A DNA stretch of 64,000 nt from Octopus vulgaris. Lineage: Eukaryota. Shown piece by piece: positions 13,453 through 26,395 of this stretch. The translations under genes were made by a program, and so were the position numbers. The notes beneath the pieces are model-generated. The model searched no databases and was not told where the DNA came from. It saw only the letters and a program-made list of their open reading frames with translations. The stretch covers positions 21,762,001-21,826,000 of the forward strand of contig OX597839.1 of assembly GCA_951406725.2 (NCBI GenBank). Direction: 5' to 3'. How positions within the stretch are numbered: position 1 is the stretch's first letter; every line of letters starts with the position of its first letter.

Positions 13453-13718
13453 GCCAGCCTCGTCTGGCACCTGTGTCGGTGGCACATAAAAAACACCATC
13501 CGAGCGTGGCCGTTCGCCAGCCTCGTCTGGCACCTGTGTCGGTGGCACATAAAATCACCCACTACACTCTCGGAGTGGTTGGCGTTAGGAAGGGCATCCA
13601 GCTATAGAAACACTGCCAGATCTGACTGGCCTGGTGCAGCCTTCGGGCTCCCCAGACCCCAGTTGAACCGTCCAACCCATGCTAGCATGGAAAGCGGACG
13701 TTAAACGATGATGATGAT
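13453..13718 (+). mobile_element. Retroposon family 4 with (GAT)n tail (probably an RTE-partner SINE or RTE 3' UTR)
   Basis: GTTGGCGTTAGGAAGGGCATCCAGC...CCCATGCTAGCATGG...GATGATGAT; a related tail follows the RTE fragment at 58480. Confidence 0.8.
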
Positions 13719-14080
13719 ATTTTAGTCAATTATTGCAGAAATATCACCAGGTACATTAACGTACTGCTGTATGGAAAAGTGCGCAAAGGTATGTGGCTTA
13801 GTGGTTTGAGCATTTAGCTCAAGATCTTAAAGTTGTAAGTTCGATCCCCAGCAGTGTGCTGTGTCCCTGAGCAAGACACTATTTCTCGTTGCTCCAGTCC
13901 ACAAGGCTGGTAAAAATGAGTTGTACCTGTAATTTCGAAGGGGCCAGTCACATTGAATCCCTGAGAAATAGCTACATCAAGGGTTTGTGCATCAGCCACT
14001 TGCATACTAATACCACAAGCAGGCTGTTCCGTCGATTGAATCAAATGGAACCCTCGTCATGGTAACCGACAGAATACCAA

Positions 14081-14317
14081 TTTCTTTACTACCCACAAAG
14101 GGCTAAACACAGAGGGGACAGACAAACACAAGGACAGACAAACGGATTAAGTCGATTATATCGACCCCAGTGCGTAACTGGTACTTATTTAATCGACCCC
14201 GATAGGATGAAAGGCAAAGTCAACCTCGGCGGAATTTGAACTCAGAACATAGCGGCAGACGAAATACGGCTACGCACTTCGCCCAGCGTGCTACCGTTTC
14301 TGCCAGCTCGCCGCCTT
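14081..14317 (-). mobile_element. SINE family 3
   Basis: Sequence match; flanked by duplicated TAACCGACAGAATACCA. Confidence 0.9.
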
Positions 14318-14419
14318 AACCGACAGAATACCAGTTAGAGAAATATCTATCATTTGATATATTCACGGTCTTCTTTCAATCCCATCTGGTATCCTAACAT
14401 ATTTATTATATTTAAATAT

Positions 14420-15141
14420 ATTAATGTCACCAAATATTTCGTATATTATTGTAGAAATATCTAGCAAATATTATCTGGTGCACAAATATATTAATATCAC
14501 CTGATATCGTTCGTGGCCGTTTGCCAGCTCTGTCTGGCACCTGTGCAGGTGGCACGTGAAAAGCACCCACTACACTCACGGAGTGGTTGGCGTTAGGAAG
14601 GGCATCCAGCCGTAGAAACACTGCCAAATCTGACTAGGCCTGATGAAGCCTTCCGGCTTCACAGACCCCAGTTAAACCGTCCAACCCATGCTAGTATGGA
14701 GAACGGACGCTAAACGATGATGATGATGATGATGATATTAATGTCACCAAATATTTCGTATATTATTGTAGAAATATCTAGTAATATTATTTGGTGCACA
14801 AATATATTAATATCACCTGATATCGTTCGTGGCTGTTTGCCAGCTCTGTCTGGCACCTGTGCAGGTGGCACGTAAAAAGCACCCACTACACTCACGGAGT
14901 GGTTGGCGTTAGGAAGGGCATCCAGCCGTAGAAACACTGCCAAATCTGACTAGGCCTGATGAAGCCTTCCGGCTTCACAGACCCCAGTTGAACCGTCCAA
15001 CCCATGCTAGCATGGAGAACGGACGCTAAACGATGATGATGATGATGATGATATTAATGTCACCAAATATTTCGTATATTATTGTTGAAATATCTAGTGA
15101 TATTATCTGGTGCACAAATATATTAATATCACCTGATATCG
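14420..15141 (+). repeat. Tandem duplication, unit about 316 bp: 90-bp AT-rich flank x3 with two family 4 copies
   Basis: Units start at about 14420, 14737 and 15053. Confidence 0.92.
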
Positions 15142-15545
15142 TAGGATGAGAAAAGTGCTGCTCCTTTCATTCATCATATCAAAAATAGTTTTTAATACGT
15201 CTCGTCATTTGATGGCTGCAGGCATTGCTTAAGTTTAGCTGAGAAGTTGACCCAAAGAAAGTCAGGTGAAAGAAGTCTGTTATTAAAGCAATCACAAAAG
15301 GACCATCCACACCATTTCTGTCATTCTCTTCCACCCCCCGTGTCACCAAAATATGAAAAGCAGGAGATAAAAAAACCACAACACCATTTACCATTAGTAA
15401 TAATGACATCAACAAGGAACGAACACTGAAGAATGTGCTGCAGAGTTCCAAAATGAGGAAGAAAAAAAAGATGGGATGGTCACGGTTGGAATATTTTTCA
15501 TTCTCATACCCCACACCCACAACAACTTAGTTATAATCTGGGGAT

Positions 15546-15952
15546 ACTCTCTTTACTCTTTTACTTGTTTCAGTCATTTTGTCTGCGGCCATGCTGGAGC
15601 ACCACCTTTAATCGAGCAACTCGACCCCGGGACTTATTCTTTTGTAAGCCCAGTACTTATTCTATCGGTCTCTTTTGCCGAACCGCTAAGTAACGGGGAC
15701 ATAAACACACCAACATCGGTTGTCAAGCAATGCTAGGGGACAAACACAGACACACAAACGCATATATATATATATATACATATATACGACAGGCTTCTTT
15801 CAGTTTCCGTCTACCAAATCCACTCACAAGGCATTGGTCGGCCCGGGGCTATAGCAGAAGACACTTGCCCAAGGTGCCACGCAGTGGGACTGAACCCAGA
15901 ACCTTGTGGTTGGTAAACAATCTACTTACCACACAGCCACTCCTGCGCCTTA
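15546..15952 (-). mobile_element. SINE family 2
   Basis: Sequence match to other copies. Confidence 0.9.
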
Positions 15953-17207
15953 TAAGCAACAATTTCTAAAAAAACAAAAACATTGACCAAGAAACCACTA
16001 TGTAGTTGCTTGATTCACTAAAAATAACAGCCAAAATTCTTTTGAATCACATATTGGCTGTCTTTGATAAGAAGAAGAAATGTTGGATGATGTAGTCGGA
16101 GATCCATTGTGCTTTGGTAAAGAGAAAAAAAACACTCCTAAATGGTTTGAATACCTTAAATGATTAGCTTCGCTTGACCTGGGGTTAAACAACAAAAGGT
16201 GGGAACAATTAACAAAAGGTAAAAAAAAAAAAAAAGGGGACAGCAATAGGGGGAGCGGAAGGGGATAGAAAGAAGGTAATTGCTGTCCTTTTCTTTTATA
16301 TTTTGCTTCCCTGAATAAAAAGACCAAAAGATGTTTTGTCTTAAGATTTTGTGACCATTTCTGTGAGTCATGTCTTGTGACTTGTGTGGAGGGACAAGGG
16401 GCAAGGTAAGTGATGGTGTGTGGGGGCTTTATGAGGAGGTGTTTAGGTGTGTATGTGGGGGGGGTTCACGTGATGAGACTGTAAACCTCTTATTTAAACC
16501 CTCACCAGATTGTTGATTTACCTGGAAACCGACGGTGGGGGAGGGGGGTCCGGACTAATAGCCCTGTCAACAACATTGTTGTTTAGCCCCTTGTGGGTAG
16601 TAAAGAAATAATTATTTACATATTAGTATATACACACACACATGCATATATACTTACATTAATGGTTAGGGTGTTGCAGTCACAATCATGATTTTGATTC
16701 CCTGATCAGCAGGGCATTGTGCTCCAGAGCAAAACTCTTCATTTCACATTACTCCAGTCTAATTTGTTAATTTCTTCTAGTATTACCATTGGACCTCAAT
16801 GTTGGAATAACGTCCAGAAACCAGGGGCAGGCATGGCTGTGTGGTTTAGTTGTTTGCTTTCCTAGCATATGGTTTCAGGTTCAGTATCATTGTGCAGGAC
16901 CTTGAATAAGTGTCTCCTATTATTGCTCTGAGTAGACCAAAGCCTTGTGAGTGAATTTGGTAGATGGAAAATGTGTGAAAGCCCATCGCTTGTGTGTGTG
17001 TGTGTGTGTTTCTACCCTCTCCACCAATACTCGACAACCACTGTTGGTTTATTTTACATCTCTGTAACTTAGGCAGAATAAATACCAGGCTCTACAAAAA
17101 TACTGGGGTTGACTTGTTTAGCAAAACCTATCAAGGTTGTGTCCCAGCATGCCTGCAGTTCTATGACTAAAACATGTAAACCTCTCAAAAGCAATATGAT
17201 TTTTATA

Positions 17208-17239
<32 letters not shown>

Positions 17240-17386
17240 CATATATATATATATTCCAATCTTTCTTTTACCTATTACCTAGCAGAACATGCATGCACAT
17301 TCACACATGCATGCATACATAGGCACACATGATCATACACACATGCGTGCGCACACACAATAAACTCACAGAAATCATATAGGATA

Positions 17387-17768
17387 GGAGCACTCCGTCG
17401 GTTACGACGATGAGGGTCCCAGCTGATACGATCAACGGAACAGCTTGCTTGTGGAATTAACGTGCAAGTGGCTGAGCACTCCACAGACACGTGTACCCTT
17501 AACGTAGTTCTCGAGGAGATTCAGCGTGACACAGAGTGTGACAAGGCCGGCCCTTTGAAATACAGGTACAACAGAAACAGGAAGAAAGAGTGAGAGAAAG
17601 TTGTGGTGAAAGAGTACAGCAGGGTTCACCACCACCCCCCTGCAGGAGCCTTGTGAAGCTTTAGGTGTTTTCGCTCAATAGACACTCACAATGCCCAGTC
17701 TGGGAATCGAAACCGCGATCCTACGACCGTGAGTCTGCCGCCCTAACCACTGGGCCATTGCCCCTCCA
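17387..17768 (-). mobile_element. tRNA-derived SINE, family 1
   Basis: Reverse complement of 5840-6223. Confidence 0.9.
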
Positions 17769-19275
17769 TCACAGAAATCATACACACATACACAATCATA
17801 CATCCATGTACATATAATCGCTATACATATGCACGCATACATATACACACACACATATTCATACACACACGCAAACATTCATACACACACAATCATACAG
17901 CCATACATGCATACACACACGCGCGCACAGCCTCTTATATCTTAAGGTAGACTTGTACACAAAGAACAAAAAGCAAATCTTCCCATGAAATAAAAATAAC
18001 CAAAACTGAAATTGTTGTTGTTTAACCCCAGGTCAACCTTCACCCAGTAAACAAGATGAGGATCAAACATGTTCCAACCACATCTAGGCATAATGTACCT
18101 AAGACTACATCATCCAATGCAACCATTTAAAGAGTGATTCAAAGGAGATTTAGGCAGATCATGAAAGGATCTCCTGTTGTGACCATCCCAACATAAAACT
18201 TCACCCACATCAACCATGTTCCTTCCACTTCAATATGGCTGCCTAAACTCCGCCCCGTTTTTTATCGCTCTGCTGCGATACCCCATCCACCTCTGGATGT
18301 TCTATATTAATACCTGACTCACCATATTTTCCAGTGTGTCTTTTTTTGTCAAGACATTAGGATGAGGGAGATTTAGCTGCTATTTCTAATGAGCCAAGAG
18401 ACCATGCAGAGGCTTGTTTAGTTCTGAGCAGACTTATGATCAAAGACAGTCAATCCATGACCATCAGGTCTCAACTATAATGTACACAGGGATTCAAAAG
18501 GTCTCTTTTAGCATTATATTCTGCATGAGCAGGGATGGGGCGGAGCAGTGGGGTTTTTTTTAATTTTTGCTTTGCAAGGCAGTGGATGGGATTCAAGATA
18601 AATTTGGCTGCTATTTCTAGCACACAGAAACCTTACAGAGCTTCCATTTACATAATGTAGTGCAAGAGGTACAAGGTTGTTAGGGAAGGAGCAGACCCTT
18701 CAGTAAGGGTCCAGCAACCCCTTTTCAAGACAGCTCATTTGTCACTGGCACCCTGTTCCCACCTGGGACTCCATGAACTGATTGCAGGTAACAGGGTACC
18801 ATCCTCAGACCAGCTAAACCAAAATGAGGGCAGCCAATACAATTCAAACTCTCGGTGCTAATTCTAGCACACGAGGTTTATCACCAAATAAATGTAAACA
18901 CTGCACTTTTGGGCCAAGTGGAAGGGAACGACACAACCATTTTTGGTCAAATTTCAAGGGACAGAAAGAGATCCCTGAGAAGTCTTTGCAGGTTTAATCA
19001 CTTAACATTCAAATTAGTCAAATATAATCCTTATTTATTCACAGTTTTCAGTTAATCATGGATTATCTCACAGCTTTGTGATTTCACTGATGTAATTGGT
19101 TATTTTTAGAATGACATTGTAGAGGTGTGAGAGGTCAAATCTGGCCAGTTTAAGGATAAAACAAGATGAATAGATGAGCCAGATAGGGTTCAGTTGACCC
19201 TTAAGCATTCAGATTCTTCTGTGAAATGCAATGGTTATTTATTCACATTGATTTTAATTAATTATACATTATCTC

Positions 19276-19790
19276 ATCATCATCATCATCATCGTTTAAC
19301 GTCCGTTATCCATGCTAGCATGGGTTGGACGGTTCGACCGGGGATCTGGGAAGCCAGAAGGCTGCACCAGGCTCCAGTCTTATCTGGCAACGTTTCTACA
19401 GCTGGATGCCCTTCCTAACGCCAACCACTCCATGAGTGTAGTGGGGTGCTTTTTACGTGCCACCTGCACAGGTGCCAGGCGAGGCTGGCAACGGCCACGA
19501 TCGGATTGGTGTATTTTACGTGCCACCGGCACGGAAGCCAGTCGAGGCTGGCAACGGCCACGATCGGATTGGTGTATTTTACGTGCCACCTGCACAGGTG
19601 CCAGGCGAGGCTGGCAACGGCCACGATCGGATTGGTGTATTTTATGTGCCACCGGCACGGAAGCCAGTCGAGGCGGCGCTGGCATCGGCCACGAGTCGGA
19701 TAGTGCTTTTTACGTACCACCAGACCAGGGATCCTGGCTGGTTCAATTCGATTTCGATTGCCCCAACATGTCTTCGCAAGCAAAGGGGGT
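19276..19790 (-). mobile_element. Retroposon family 4 with expanded internal ~60-bp module
   Basis: (CAT)n tail on the plus strand; repeated GGCAACGGCCACGATCGGATTGGTGTATTTTACGTGCCACC. Confidence 0.85.
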
Positions 19791-20469
19791 TGGCAGAGTT
19801 GGACCTGATCTGGCTGGAAGGGGCATGCCCAAGAGTACACAGCATTGTCAAAGACATGCATCACCCTTGTCCCCGCTCGCCATTACATCTTTGGCCCCTC
19901 ATCATTACTGCCCTACACCAAGGACAGGTTGTCCAATGCAGCCCTCACATCAACACCCCCACCCCAAATCACAATAATCCAAGAACAATGCAAGACTTAA
20001 ACTTTTTTTGGGGGGAGGGGACACCAGGAACAGATGGTAGAATCTTTGGTTGTGGTGGCCATGGCATCACAAACGTCTGTGTAGCTTCCTTATTTTTAAG
20101 GGCACAGAGAAGGTGGAATGGAAATGGGGAAATCTGAGATTCTCTGGTCACCTTCAGCCATACAAACATACAGCTAAGTCCTCCATTGCTGATGCTGTTA
20201 AAACAATGGAAGACTGATGGAGTTTTGATCAGCAGCAGAAATGGAGGAGGAAAGTAGAGTGTGGTGGTGGTGGTGGTGGTGGTGGTGTGAGCAGGGTTCT
20301 AGCACAGTATTGCAATGTGGGCAATAATTGTGGTGTAGAGGAGGTAGTACACTCGTTAGCACACATTGGGCAAAATGCTTAATGACATTTCAAATGTCGT
20401 GTTCAGAGTTCAAATTTTGCTGAGGTCAACTTTTGTCTTTCAATCTTTCGGGGTCATAAAATAAGTACC

Positions 20470-20702
20470 TATTTCTTTACTACCCACAAGGGGCTAAACA
20501 CAGAGGGGACAAACAATGACAGACAAAGGGATTAAGTCGATTACATCGACCCCAGTGCGTAACTGGTACTTAATTTATCGACCCCGAAAGGATGAAAGGC
20601 AAAGTCGACCTCGGCGGAATTTGAACTCAGAACGTAACGGCAGACGAAATACGGCTACGCATTTCGCCCGGCGTGCTAACGTTTCTGCCAGCTCGCCGCC
20701 TT
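20470..20702 (-). mobile_element. SINE family 3 inserted in an older opposite-strand family 3 copy
   Basis: Sequence match; flanked by duplicated TAAAATAAGTACC. Confidence 0.88.
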
Positions 20703-20931
20703 TTAAAATAAGTACCAGTTGCACATTGGGGTCCACCTAATCAACTAGACCCCTACCTTGAAATTAATGGATAGAGGAGAAATGCTGTTGGCTGTGTCAG
20801 CAATGGTGATGATGAAGCGGGGGGGGGAGCAGAAAACGGGGGTGGGGTGGGGGTGGGGGGCAGTATAAATTCCTCCACGTCTCTGGTAAAGTGTTTGTAT
20901 ACAGTGAAGGCTGTCAAGAATTAGTGACCAA

Positions 20932-20935
<4 letters not shown>

Positions 20936-20991
<56 letters not shown>

Positions 20992-21004
20992 AGAGAGAGA
21001 GAGA
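20936..21004. repeat. (GA)n microsatellite
   Basis: Directly visible. Confidence 0.97.
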
Positions 21005-21186
21005 AAGCATCCTGTAGAGTCGCACACATTCACCAACCACTTGGGCAAGATATCTCCATACTTTGGCACCAAGGCAACTCTTTTATCTCCCTCTTGCATC
21101 TGTAAATACTCTCTTTCCCCAGTTCTACTCGACAACCAGAGAACAGCTTTGATAGGTGGTGTGTGGTGTGTGTGCATATGTATGTA

Positions 21187-21231
<45 letters not shown>

Positions 21232-21520
21232 GAACACATTAAAATGTAATTCAATACATGAACTACAGTGTATAATTCAATAAATAGTTAATATTTTGAT
21301 GTCCATGCTTTTCACTTTCACACACACATTACATATTGTTATTATAGGAAAACGTTGTAAGTCCAAAACAGGCTTTTCTCTTATACAAATAAAGTCTCTT
21401 GTTTCCAGGATATTGAACCATAAACTAAAAAAGCTGTCCAACAAATTGTCTGACCCATGCAAGCAGTGGAGAAGAAAGACAAACACGATGGTGGTGATGA
21501 TGAGATGATGGTATGTCATA

Positions 21521-21687
21521 CGTTGTGAGTTCAAATTCCGCCGAGGTCGACTTTGCCTTTCATCCTTTCGGGGGTCGATAAATTAAGTACCAGTTACGCA
21601 CTGGGGTCGATGTAATCGACTTAATACCTATGTCTGTCCTTGTTTGTCCCCTCTGTGTTTAGCCCCTTGTGGGTAATAAAGAAATAG
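21521..21687 (+). mobile_element. SINE family 3, 5'-truncated
   Basis: Sequence match. Confidence 0.88.
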
Positions 21688-21769
21688 GTATGTCAGATGT
21701 TGAGACAAACATGCACACACACACACTCTCTCCCCCTCATACATATACACACACACACACACACATACA

Positions 21770-22620
21770 CAGGGTACGGTGAATAAAGTGTTGTCTAAAT
21801 TATGCAAAAATGAAAATAACACTGACATCTCATTTTAACAAATATTTTTACCAAAATTACGTAAAAAAATATCTTGAAATACTAAAGAGCAAATTTATCC
21901 AATAAAATCTCCATTGGCTTCAACCACGGCCTCCAGACGACTTCAGAATCTCCTACAACTCTTCTGGACGGTCTCTGTGTTTAAGTGGGCGAATGCTGCC
22001 ATAATCCTTGCCTTCAGTTCCTCTTTGGTGTTACAAGGAGTTTTGTTGGTCTCTCACTCAGTTGTGTCCCACACATAATAATCAAGGGGGTTGCAGTCTG
22101 GGGAGTTAGGTGGCCAGATGTTAGGGGTGATGTGGTCGCAAAAATTGTCTGACAGCCATGACTGGGTTCTCTTGATTGTTTGGCATGGTGCAGATTCCTG
22201 TTGTCAGACCAGCAACCACCCTCTTGACTCAGGGCAGTACAACCTCCTCCAGGCACTTGATGTAGGCCTCCGTGTTGAGGCTGAGGCTGTGTGGGAAGAT
22301 GAATGGAGCCATAAAGTCGCCTTCACTAGTGATCACTCCAAACACCATGATGTTTGATTTTTATCTCTCTTGGTACATGTCCTCAGACTGACACCCAAAC
22401 ACTCTGTAATGTTTGTATTAGAGCTTCCTGCGTGAATGCCAAGCAGTACAGCATGAGGTTTCCAAATTTCTGGGCATGAGTGAATTGTGTCTTGGTGCTG
22501 TTTTTCTCACAGACGGTGCCCAACTGACCCTACTATACTGTGTAGATGACAAAATCAAAAATAATTAGCATGCACAAAATTGAAAATATAAAATGGCAAC
22601 AATTTACCCATCATGCTCTG
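21770..22620 (-). mobile_element. Internally deleted Tc1/mariner-superfamily DNA transposon relic
   Basis: Imperfect TIRs, TA at 22621; minus-strand remnants PNSPDCNP and DYYVWDT..ETNKTPCNTKEELKARIMAAF (third catalytic Asp region). Confidence 0.85.
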
Positions 22621-22980
22621 TATATATATTTATATTAAAAACAGTTTCATTTGGTTCCATGCAATGTTTTGCAGTGGCCTGAGCCCAATAAGCCATGGGG
22701 CGGTACCAAAACGTTCCCAACTACTTATGTTTAATTAAGAAATAACCTATTTACCTAAGTGACTTATTTATAGGCGCAGAAGTGGATGTGTGCTAAGTGC
22801 TTGCTTACCAACGGCATGGTCCCGGGTTCAGTCCCACTGTGTGACACATTCAGCATGAATTCGTGCGTCCGTGCATTCCGGCGTATCCACTTATACTTAC
22901 TATATTAGGTTTATCTTTGTGCCCTCCTTAATTTGTATTCCATTTTGTTTATCCATTTATCTATACATGGATATATATAT

Positions 22981-23175
22981 ACTCTTACTCTTTTACTTGT
23001 TTCAGTCATTTGACTGCGGCCATGCTGGAGCACCGCCTTTAGTCAAGCAAATCGACCCCGGGACTTATTCTTTGTAAGCCCAGTACTTATTCTATCGGTC
23101 TCTTTTTTGCTGAACCGCTAAGTGACGGGGACGTAAACACACCAGCATCGGTTGTCAAGCAATGCTAGGGGACAA

Positions 23176-23208
<33 letters not shown>

Positions 23209-23378
23209 CATACGACAGGCTTCTTTCAGTTTCCGTCTACCAAATCCACTCACAAGGCATTGGTCGGCCCGGGGCCATAGCAGAAGACACTTGCCCAAGA
23301 TGCCACGCAGTGGGACTGAACCCGGAACCATGTGGTTGGTTAGCAAGCTACTTACCACACAGCCACTCCTGTGCCTAT
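22981..23378 (-). mobile_element. SINE family 2 (nested)
   Basis: Sequence match to other copies. Confidence 0.9.
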
Positions 23379-24379
23379 ATATTCATATTTATTTATTTAA
23401 TTATTTATTTTTGTTTATTTGGCACTTACTAATCTATAATTAATTTAATTTATAATTAATGAACTTATATCTAAATTAATAGTAACTTCTGTAGGTGTGT
23501 GAAAATGTATATGTGTACGTATGTATGTTTTTGTACATATAGGTATGCTCGTGGGTGGATGTACGGATGTGTTTTTATTACACATACGCAGGTGCGTACT
23601 TGGATATGTATATGCGAATATTTATTCATGGGTGGATATAAATATAGGTCTTATTTGTACGTATGAGTGCGCAGATATATATTTAAATATATATATATGT
23701 GTGTGCGAAAGTTCCCTGACACAGTATATGAAAGTGTATTATATTTATGCATATATGCGGATGTGTGTGTGAGTGTGTGTGTTAGTGTTAGACACTGCTG
23801 CCTGTACTGATTTGTCTATAAGCATGCGATGACAGACATACACTCTGCAATTTAGTGAATGTGTAGAGATGTGTCGGGGTGTATTCATGTGTGTGTGAGT
23901 TTCTGTGTGGATGTGTGGGTTTAGGGTTAGATGTGGATGTGTATGTCTTGCTTGTGCGGTGTAGTGGAGGTCGGGCGGTTCTCAATTGACCAACCGTGAG
24001 GAAGATAATGATAATTTTAAATTCAAATCCAATAGTGTATTTATGTCATAAGGAAAATTACTAACTGGAACCCGGATATAAATATATACCGCTCTTGATC
24101 CTAATGTAAGCTTTATTAATAATATTATGAATGATAATAATGGTAACATTAATGGTATTGACAACGATAATGATGCTAACTTTAATGACACTTTGGAAAT
24201 TAGTAGGAAGTAATATAATGTACTATTGACTATGTATATTTGCATCTAGGTACTAATTTGTGTATGTTTATTATCACAATATTAAGTCGAAAAACTGAGA
24301 CATTGGATGTGGAACACATATATATGTTTACTAATTTATATTATTTACTTATATCATTATGTATATGTATATTTATATA

Positions 24380-24611
24380 GGGCGGCGAGCTGGCAGAAAC
24401 GTTAGCATGCTGGACAAAATGCGTAGCTGTATTTCGTCTGTCGTTACGTTCTGAGTTCAAATTCCGCCAAGGTCGACTTTGCCTTTCATCATTTCGGTGT
24501 CGATAAATTATGTACCAGTTACGCACTGGGGTCGATGTAATCGACTTAATCCGTTTGTCTGTCCTTGCTTGTCCCCTCTGTGTTTATCCCCTTGTGGGTA
24601 GTAAAGAAATA
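24380..24611 (+). mobile_element. SINE family 3 (nested)
   Basis: Sequence match. Confidence 0.9.
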
Positions 24612-24714
24612 TATATTTATATGTATAAGAGTGTGGGTATATGCACTCATATGTATATGTTGTATTGTGGGTACGCACCCACACCCATGTGGGTATATAT
24701 GTAGACTGAGTTAT

Positions 24715-24854
24715 ATTACATAATCTCCAAAGAGGCCTTATGATATTTTTGTAAATGTCTCATTTATATCTATATATTGACCAACCATAAAGGGCTAATA
24801 TTGGTAAAATGAGACATACTTATCGACATGGCCGAAACAGCTGTAAGATGTAAT
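24715..24854 (+). ncRNA. Degenerate type I hammerhead-ribozyme-like motif with long stem II
   Basis: ATCT-CCAAAGA-GGCC...GGCC-GAAAC-AGCT-GTA-AGAT; the core CUGANGA is mutated. Confidence 0.55.
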
Positions 24855-25547
24855 CTATACTTATATTTATATTTACTTATATTTATATTCTCTTTTATAT
24901 ATATTCTACTTATTATACAACATTACTCTTTTATGTACACTTTTTTATGTACACTGATTTGTTCTGCTTTTTATATTTAACCCTACAGTCTCTTATGTGG
25001 TGGTTTAATAAAGTATGTGATTGAGTATTATCTGGTAATTGATATTTGATTTAGATGTATTTCTCCATTTTCTTATCTTGTATTAGTAATTTGTGGTAAA
25101 TCATTTTACCGTTGCCCATATAATACAGTAAATGAATTGATTGCATCGCAATCATTAACATTTATGTATTAACTTTGTTGGGTACTTCACTAGCAGTATA
25201 TTGGATATGTTATCCCATGGAGGGTTGCATTTACAACCCCTATCTCAATTTGTATATATATATATATATAATATAATATATATTTGTATGTATATGGTTG
25301 TGTCTGTGTTTGTCCCCCCAACATCGCTTAACAACTGATGCTGGTGTGTTTGCATCCCCATAACCTAGCGGTTCAGCAATAGTGACCGATAGAATAAGTA
25401 CTAGGCTTACAAAGAATAAGTCCTGGGGTCGATTTGCTTGACTAAAGGTGGTGCTCCAGCATGGCCACAGTCAAATGACTGAAACAAGTAAAAGAAAAGT
25501 TCTAACATTCTTTGAAACGGTCACACCTTGCACAGCAATGCACCAGT

Positions 25548-26382
25548 GGACTCAAACCCACCTGAAGACCGTTGTTCTCCCCAAAAGAAGAAACATAGTC
25601 AAAACTCCAGTGGGGCAGATTTAGCTATGAAACCTGATCACGATAAAATCTGTTTGGATTCTCCCTCACTTGTCCTTCCCATTAATGCCATTGCTCAACC
25701 AATTCTGAACGATCTCGATGTGAGTTCATCTGAGGAGTGGTGCTCCCCCAAACCGAAGAAGAGGCAGTGCAGTTCCAAACCAGACGGGAAAGTTATGACC
25801 ACTAAACCCATTCCGATCGACCCCACAGGCCGACATAAGTCTGATGGCTATGAAACCACCCTTTCGAAATCATCCAATGAAGAATCGAATGCCGCAGCTC
25901 ATAGTAGACAACAGAAAGACCATTTTGCTCACTCAAGATCAGCAATCATTTATGGTAAAGCTGAATCCACCTGTGATACAGGCATAAACCGCCTAAAAGA
26001 AGACATAAATTTTGTTTCCATTTTAGTTGGAGAATTGTTCTCTGTCAACAAAAATGTCAGTATCCATAAGGTCGCTCGGCTAGGAAGATTCCAAGCGAAC
26101 TCAACCTCAGACACTAGACCACGCCCAATAAGAGTAATCTTTTCTTCCGATCAGGAGGCTTCAACCTTTCAGAACAGAGCTCAGACGCATGCCTGGAAGG
26201 ACCCCAATATGGGTTTTCGCGAGGAATACTCACTGAGAGAGAGAATTCGCCAAAGAAACCTAATATCCGAACTGAAGATGAGAAAACAGATGGGAGAGAA
26301 GGGTTTACGCATCCAAGACGGACAAATAATCAAGTCCTACCTCTGGTCGCATGCTGTAGTGCTGACAGGGAAGGTGAATTGA
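25548..26382 (+). pseudogene. LINE ORF1 (5'-truncated)
   Basis: AIIYGKAES, VARLGR, RPRPIRVIF, YSLRERIRQRNLISELK motifs typical of CR1/L2-clade ORF1. Confidence 0.8.
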
Positions 26383-26395
26383 GGGCGAAAAGTAG

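Noticed and set aside
14639-14665. CTGATGA followed by a hairpin (also at about 14956)
   Set aside because: No GAAA after the hairpin and no stem III, so not a hammerhead
15179-15520. Lys-rich coding-looking stretch
   Set aside because: In-frame stops, no splice support and no recognisable family
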